From: an uncultured Planctomycetales bacterium
Lineage (GTDB): Bacteria; Omnitrophota; Gorgyraeia; Gygaellales; JAHJCI01
NCBI GenBank assembly: GCA_964592485.1
Contig: CAZQEY010000010.1
Location: 1-50,753 of the forward strand
Length of the DNA: 50,753 nt
Direction of reading: 5' to 3'
In this document: positions 46,391-50,753 of the stretch, in pieces
Layout: every line of letters begins with the position of its first letter
Position numbering within the stretch: the first letter of the stretch is position 1
The notes under the pieces: generated by a model
What the model was told of the DNA's origin: nothing
Seen by the model: only the letters and a program-made list of their open reading frames with translations
The model's database searches: none
Made by a program: the position numbers and the translations under genes

Positions 46391-46405
46391 CTGTGGTTTA
46401 TGCTT
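46289..46405. mobile_element. MITE-like element copy 2 (same termini as copy 1), overlapping the 5' end of the GH-like ORF
   Basis: AACCACAGATAAACACGGGTAAACACTG...GTGTTTATCTGTGTTCATCTGTGGTTTATGC. Confidence 0.7.
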
Positions 46406-46429
46406 TTAATTGGAACCTTGATATACGAA

Positions 46430-47203
46430 TTAAATCTTCCTCTGAAGTCTCGTAATCGACCTTGCCTTTCCCGTATTCTCATCAATATCCAAAACTACGC
46501 CTTGTAACTGCGAGTCTTCGGAAGCCACCTCAAAACGATGGTCAACCTGCGTGATAAACCTTGTCAAAACATCTTCGATATTGCGACCGATAACTGAACG
46601 CTGAGGCCCAGTCATGCCCACATCAGTGATGTAGGCGGTGCCTTGGGGAAGAATCTTTTCATCAGCAGTCTGGATATGCGTATGCGTACCTAACACTGCA
46701 CTGACTAATCCGTCTAAATACCAACCCATTGCTACCTTTTCAGAGGTTGCCTCGGCATGAAAATCAACAATGATGACTTTACATCCGGCTTTATCGATTT
46801 CTTCCTTAACCACGCGAAAGGGGCATTCCCTTGCTTCCATAAAAACACGGCCTAAGATATTGATTAGAACAAGGGGGCTTTTAGTCTTGGTAATAAATTG
46901 CCCCGAACCTCTGCCTGGACTGGCCAAGGGAAAATTTGCGGGCCTAAGAAGCCTTGGCTCTTCATTAATTGTTGAGAGTATCTCTCTTTTTTTAAAAATA
47001 TGGTCTCCCGAGGTAAATGCATCTATTCCGAAACTTGCGAGTTCATAAGCTACCGGGGGAGTAACACCTGAACCTCCGGCAGCATTCTCTACGTTAGCAA
47101 TAACAAAATCAAGCGCAAATTCCTTTTTTAAGTCTGGCAGCAGAACTTTGACTGTTTCTCTGCCTGGCCTGCCGACGATATCACCTATAAATAATATATT
47201 CAT
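46430..47203 (-). CDS. ymdB: YmdB-like metallophosphoesterase
   Basis: MNILFIGDIVGRPGR N-terminus; 257 aa. Confidence 0.85.
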   Translation of the reverse strand: MNILFIGDIVGRPGRETVKVLLPDLKKEFALDFVIANVENAAGGSGVTPPVAYELASFGIDAFTSGDHIFKKREILSTINEEPRLLRPANFPLASPGRGSGQFITKTKSPLVLINILGRVFMEARECPFRVVKEEIDKAGCKVIIVDFHAEATSEKVAMGWYLDGLVSAVLGTHTHIQTADEKILPQGTAYITDVGMTGPQRSVIGRNIEDVLTRFITQVDHRFEVASEDSQLQGVVLDIDENTGKARSITRLQRKI

Positions 47204-47331
47204 CTTTTCGTAACTCGTAATTAAAAACTCTAATCAGTAAATTGTAAATAGTAATTTTTAAAAATGGGTTGTGAATTGCGAATCAATTACTAGTTACGAG
47301 TTACTAACGTACTAGTTACTATTCTTTATTA

Positions 47332-48885
47332 TTATTTTGCGTATTCAATCGCTCTAATTTCGCGAATTACAGTAACTTTAATTTGTCCAGGATATTCTAA
47401 GCCTTCTTCAATCTTCTTTTTTATATCTCGTGCCAGATTCACTGCTTCGTTATCGGAGATCCTTTGTGGTTCGACAATAACACGGATTTCGCGGCCGGCT
47501 TGAATCGCATAGGTCTTCTCCACTCCTTTAAAAGGGTTAGCAATCGCTTCTAATTTTTCCAATCTTTTTATATACGCCTCTAAGGTTTCTTTTCTTGCTC
47601 CTGGCCGAGCTGCACTTATTGCATCGGCAGCAACTGCCAGAATCGCATAAACTGTTAAGGGAGTTTGTTCCTCGTGATGTGACTCAATGGCATGAATAAC
47701 CTCAGCGGACTCTCCGTATTTCTTTGCCAAGCTCGCTCCGATACGGGCGTGGGTCCCTTCCTGTTGCTGATCAACTGCTTTGCCGATATCATGCAATAGC
47801 CCGATGCGCCGGGCTAAACGCCAATCAGCACCTAATTCCGAAGCCATCATCCCTAAAAAATAGGCTACTTCTATGGAGTGCTGGAGTGCATTCTGGCCAA
47901 AACTGGTACGGAAATTCAGCCGACCCAGGAGCCTGATCAATTCCGGACGTAATCCTTCAACGCCCAATTCGAAACAGGCAGCTTCGCCCTTTTGTTGAAT
48001 CTGCTCCTCCAAATCCTTGCGTGTCTTTGTTACCACCTCTTCTATGCGGGCGGGATGGATACGGCCGTCGCTAATCAGTTTTTCTAAGGATATACGCGCC
48101 ACCTCTCGTCTTATCGGATCAAAACTAGAGAGGATAACGCTTTCGGGAGTATCGTCAATAATCACATCAACACCGGTAACCATCTCCAAGGCGCGGATGT
48201 TCCTGCCCTCACGACCTATAACTCTACCCTTCATCTCATCATTAGGCAGATTAACCACGCTAACCGTTGTCTCCGCAGCATATTCTGCCGCATACCTTTG
48301 AATAGCCAAACTTATAATATCAGTAGCCATCTTATTAGACTGAGCGCGCAGTTCTTCTTCCTGTTTTCTAATCAAATTAGCCTTCTCCGCATTAAGTTCA
48401 TCGCTTATTCGCGCCAGAAGAATCTTTTTTGCCTCATCAGGAGACAAAGAGGATATTTTCTGAAGGCGTTCCTTCTCTTCAGCAATAAGATTAAAGAGTT
48501 GATTCTCTTTGACTTTTAGACTTTCCTCTTGACGACTAAAAGCTGTTGCCTTTGATTCAAGGTCCTTTTCCTTTTTCTCCAGTAATTCCAGACGTCGGTC
48601 AAGATTTATCTCTCTCTGGGCGAATTTCTTCTCTAACTCAGTCAATTCCTGACCGCGCTGCTTTGTCTCATTCTCAAAATCCTGGCGCAGGCGAAACATC
48701 AAATCCTTCGCCTCCAGCTCTATTTCTCGACGCCGGTCTTGAATCTCCTTATCTGCCTTCTCCAAAATAAACTGTGCTTTAGCTTCAGCGTCCTGAATCT
48801 TTCTCTCGGCAAGGTATCTTCTTAATAAGTAACCTCCGCTTAAGCCGACAGCCGCCGTAATAATCAATAGGATTGTAGTCAACAT
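47332..48885 (-). CDS. rny: Ribonuclease Y (N-terminal TM, coiled coil, KH, HD)
   Basis: [17 protein letters not shown]; HD LLHDIGK. Start placed at MLTTILLII with an AGGAGG SD; the ORF-track start is a TTG. Confidence 0.9.
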   Translation of the reverse strand: MLTTILLIITAAVGLSGGYLLRRYLAERKIQDAEAKAQFILEKADKEIQDRRREIELEAKDLMFRLRQDFENETKQRGQELTELEKKFAQREINLDRRLELLEKKEKDLESKATAFSRQEESLKVKENQLFNLIAEEKERLQKISSLSPDEAKKILLARISDELNAEKANLIRKQEEELRAQSNKMATDIISLAIQRYAAEYAAETTVSVVNLPNDEMKGRVIGREGRNIRALEMVTGVDVIIDDTPESVILSSFDPIRREVARISLEKLISDGRIHPARIEEVVTKTRKDLEEQIQQKGEAACFELGVEGLRPELIRLLGRLNFRTSFGQNALQHSIEVAYFLGMMASELGADWRLARRIGLLHDIGKAVDQQQEGTHARIGASLAKKYGESAEVIHAIESHHEEQTPLTVYAILAVAADAISAARPGARKETLEAYIKRLEKLEAIANPFKGVEKTYAIQAGREIRVIVEPQRISDNEAVNLARDIKKKIEEGLEYPGQIKVTVIREIRAIEYAK

Positions 48886-49057
48886 TTTATCAAAACCTCC
48901 TTTCCTTATTATAAACTGAGATTGAATTTTAAGCAAGCCCCGTTAGGAATTTTTATTTGACGTATTAGCAAGCAGTATTTCTAACGGGAGTCTAGTTATA
49001 ACTTTTTATTAACCTTTGGAATTCAGTTGAAACAATAAAGAGGAGATCTTTGTCCAA

Positions 49058-49285
49058 GCTTTAGCCTCAGCTAAAGTCAGGTATTGTTTCGGGCTGAACT
49101 TCGATTGAGACTAAACTTTGATCAAAGGCTTTGCTCAAACTCCAGCCTCAGCTAAAGCGCTGCTTTAAGCTTAAACTTCAGTCAAGACTAAACTTTGATC
49201 AAAGGCTTTGCTCAAACTTTAACCTCAGCTAAAGTAAAATATTGTTTTAGGCTGAACTTTGGTTGAGGCTAAACTTTGATCAAAG
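49058..49285. repeat. About 3 tandem copies of a 68-83 bp unit, each containing palindromes CTTTAGCCTCAGCTAAAG and CTTTGATCAAAG, in the long rny leader
   Basis: CTTTGATCAAAG at 49116, 49193 and 49274. CCTCAGCTAAAG occurs three times. Confidence 0.8.
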
Positions 49286-49287
49286 AA

Positions 49288-49854
49288 TTAAGCGGAGAGG
49301 ACTTTATCTACTGGCATATCAATTTGCTCGACGGGTAAGTGCGGCAAGATTTGGAAGTCAAAGGCCAAACCAATGGAATGCGTACGTTGGGGTAACCCTT
49401 TTAGGAAGCGGTCATAATACCCTTTACCTCGCCCCAGGCGATTCCCTTTCTTATCAAACGCAAGGGCGGGCACAATCACCAAATCCAATTCATCAACAGA
49501 CAAATCAATCTTAGTTTGGGGTTCCAATGTTTGGTATGGCCCTTTATCTAATTTGCTATCTTCCATCAAAATACATGGCTTCAAGGCCTTCTGTTTAGTA
49601 TCGCATACAGGAACAAAAATCTCTTTACTAAGGCCCCTTGCCTTATTAATCATGCTTTCTGTGTTTACCTCTCCGTCAAAAGCTAGATAAAACATTATCC
49701 TCTCTGCTTTAATAAATTCCTCCTGTTTTAAAAGTTTCTCTTCAATCAGCTTGCTTTTTTGCTTACGCTCCTGCTCCGTTTGTTGTTTTAATCTATTTAT
49801 CAATATATTACGTAATTGCCTCTTTGTCAACCCCGCACCTTTTTGAAAATTCAT
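49288..49854 (-). CDS. 5-formyltetrahydrofolate cyclo-ligase
   Basis: GRGKGYYDR motif; 188 aa. Confidence 0.85.
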   Translation of the reverse strand: MNFQKGAGLTKRQLRNILINRLKQQTEQERKQKSKLIEEKLLKQEEFIKAERIMFYLAFDGEVNTESMINKARGLSKEIFVPVCDTKQKALKPCILMEDSKLDKGPYQTLEPQTKIDLSVDELDLVIVPALAFDKKGNRLGRGKGYYDRFLKGLPQRTHSIGLAFDFQILPHLPVEQIDMPVDKVLSA

Positions 49855-49952
49855 TTTTTAATTATTGTCTTGAACCCGCCCTCTTAAAAGGTACGGAATG
49901 AATATTACCCAAAATCCACCAATAATATTTTAATACGTAAAAGGTGCGGGGT
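49829..49952. repeat. Palindromic element copy (AACCCCGCACCTTTT...AAAAGGTGCGGGGT, ~95 nt loop) spanning the 5-FCL start codon
   Basis: Left arm lies within codons 5-9 (KGAGL). Right arm is 15 nt after the upstream gene stop. Confidence 0.75.
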
Positions 49953-49966
49953 CAAGTTTTCGCTCA

Positions 49967-50620
49967 TTACTTTACTAAAATCTTGCTACGCGGCCGGGTA
50001 GTCTTCTTAAAATCTCTCGGTGCTTTTATCTTCTTAAACTCAGCGAGCTGTTTTTGCTTTTCCAGTTCCTGATAAATCAAAACCCAGGCACAGTCCTTAT
50101 CCTTATCCACCTCACATTTGCCCTTATCCATTCCGCCGCAGGGACCATTCAGCAGCCCTTTGGCGCAGAGGGTAAGGGGGCAGATACCGGCAGTTACTCC
50201 TAAAACACACTCCCCACAGGCAGAGCATTTCTCGTATAGATTTCCCTTGGCATCAACAACTCCTAAAAACTCCGTATTGCAAGCCGGTAAAACCACCAAC
50301 CCTAAGCGGTCATTTGCCTTGACTGATTGTACCCCCAGTCCACAGGCAAGAATCAAAATCGCCTGGCTTTCTCTTAATGCCTTCATATTCTTGGCTAATT
50401 CTGTCTTTACCTGAGCAGCAATACAGGGCGCCTGAGGAATAGTAAAGCCGGTAACTACCTTACCATTTTCCTCTAAGGCCTTTTTCATCGTGGCGACCTC
50501 GGCCTCTCCTCCGGTCTTACAAACTGTAGCGCACTCCCCACAGCCAACCAGAAAGACCTTATCGTATCCTTTTAAGCTATCAATTATCTCCTGAATCGGT
50601 TTTTGCTCTGTAATAATCAT
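49967..50620 (-). CDS. MetV-like Cys-rich Fe-S protein (methylene-THF reductase C-terminal-like domain)
   Basis: Multiple Cys clusters (GCGECA, CSACGEC, NGPCGG). AAGGAGA SD. Confidence 0.6.
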   Translation of the reverse strand: MIITEQKPIQEIIDSLKGYDKVFLVGCGECATVCKTGGEAEVATMKKALEENGKVVTGFTIPQAPCIAAQVKTELAKNMKALRESQAILILACGLGVQSVKANDRLGLVVLPACNTEFLGVVDAKGNLYEKCSACGECVLGVTAGICPLTLCAKGLLNGPCGGMDKGKCEVDKDKDCAWVLIYQELEKQKQLAEFKKIKAPRDFKKTTRPRSKILVK

Positions 50621-50753
50621 CTTATTCTCCTTAATTTATTATTTTACTACTAAATGGAGAGTTGGACAATGAGAATTTAGCCTATAAATGAACCTGGTGC
50701 TTTTTGAGCGAATGTCGATTTTAGCCAAAGCAGCTTGAGCAACGAGGGAATCC

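Noticed and set aside
49058-49285. Possible CRISPR array
   Set aside because: Units are 68-83 bp with no alternating conserved-repeat and unique-spacer structure. They share most of their sequence and are AT-rich. There are no cas genes.

Overview
This 50.8 kb window comes from a moderately AT-rich bacterial chromosome. By eye most of it is about 40% GC, with a dip to roughly 30-35% GC over 200-5400.

Almost every gene is on the minus strand, in tightly packed and often overlapping operons with strong Shine-Dalgarno (SD) sites. The content points to an anaerobic diderm: an outer-membrane beta-barrel protein, lipoproteins, HypC/D/E plus a HypF-domain gene, a four-subunit 2-oxoacid:ferredoxin oxidoreductase, a MetV-like Fe-S protein, RNase Y and YmdB.

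Confidently recognised housekeeping genes are folE, mnmE, folC, purH, gltX, dxs, xseA, xseB, rny, a lysine 2,3-aminomutase, tRNA-Leu(GAG) and tRNA-Gln(CUG).

The most interesting structure that the genes do not explain:
- **Low-GC island (about 200-5400).** Two adjacent SPASM/twitch radical-SAM (rSAM) enzymes sit with three membrane proteins (a Zn-ribbon/4TM protein, a small TM protein, a polytopic SPFH-domain protein) and a strongly SD-preceded 32-codon ORF. I found no obvious Cys-rich precursor peptide.
- **GC-rich palindromic elements (core CCCGCACC...GGTGCGGG).** At least 5 copies are present. Two are exact in-frame insertions inside hypE and mnmE, one overlaps the start codon of a 5-formyl-THF cyclo-ligase gene, and three tandem hairpins sit in the hypC leader.
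- **MITE-like elements.** Two copies of a ~115 bp element with terminal inverted repeats flank a 3.5 kb segment (xseA, PilZ, a GH-like gene). One copy supplies the N-terminus of the GH-like ORF.
- **Short tandem duplications of gene ends.** The dxs 5' end and a methyltransferase 3' end are each duplicated in tandem.
- **Degenerate translational GTPase paralogs.** An EF-G-like protein has catalytic His replaced by Tyr, next to a YchF-like protein that lacks a functional G domain.
- **Fragmented hyp region.** The hyp maturation genes are interleaved with TPR/transglutaminase, M20 and PAC2 genes.

No homology search was possible. All calls rest on motifs read directly from the translations.
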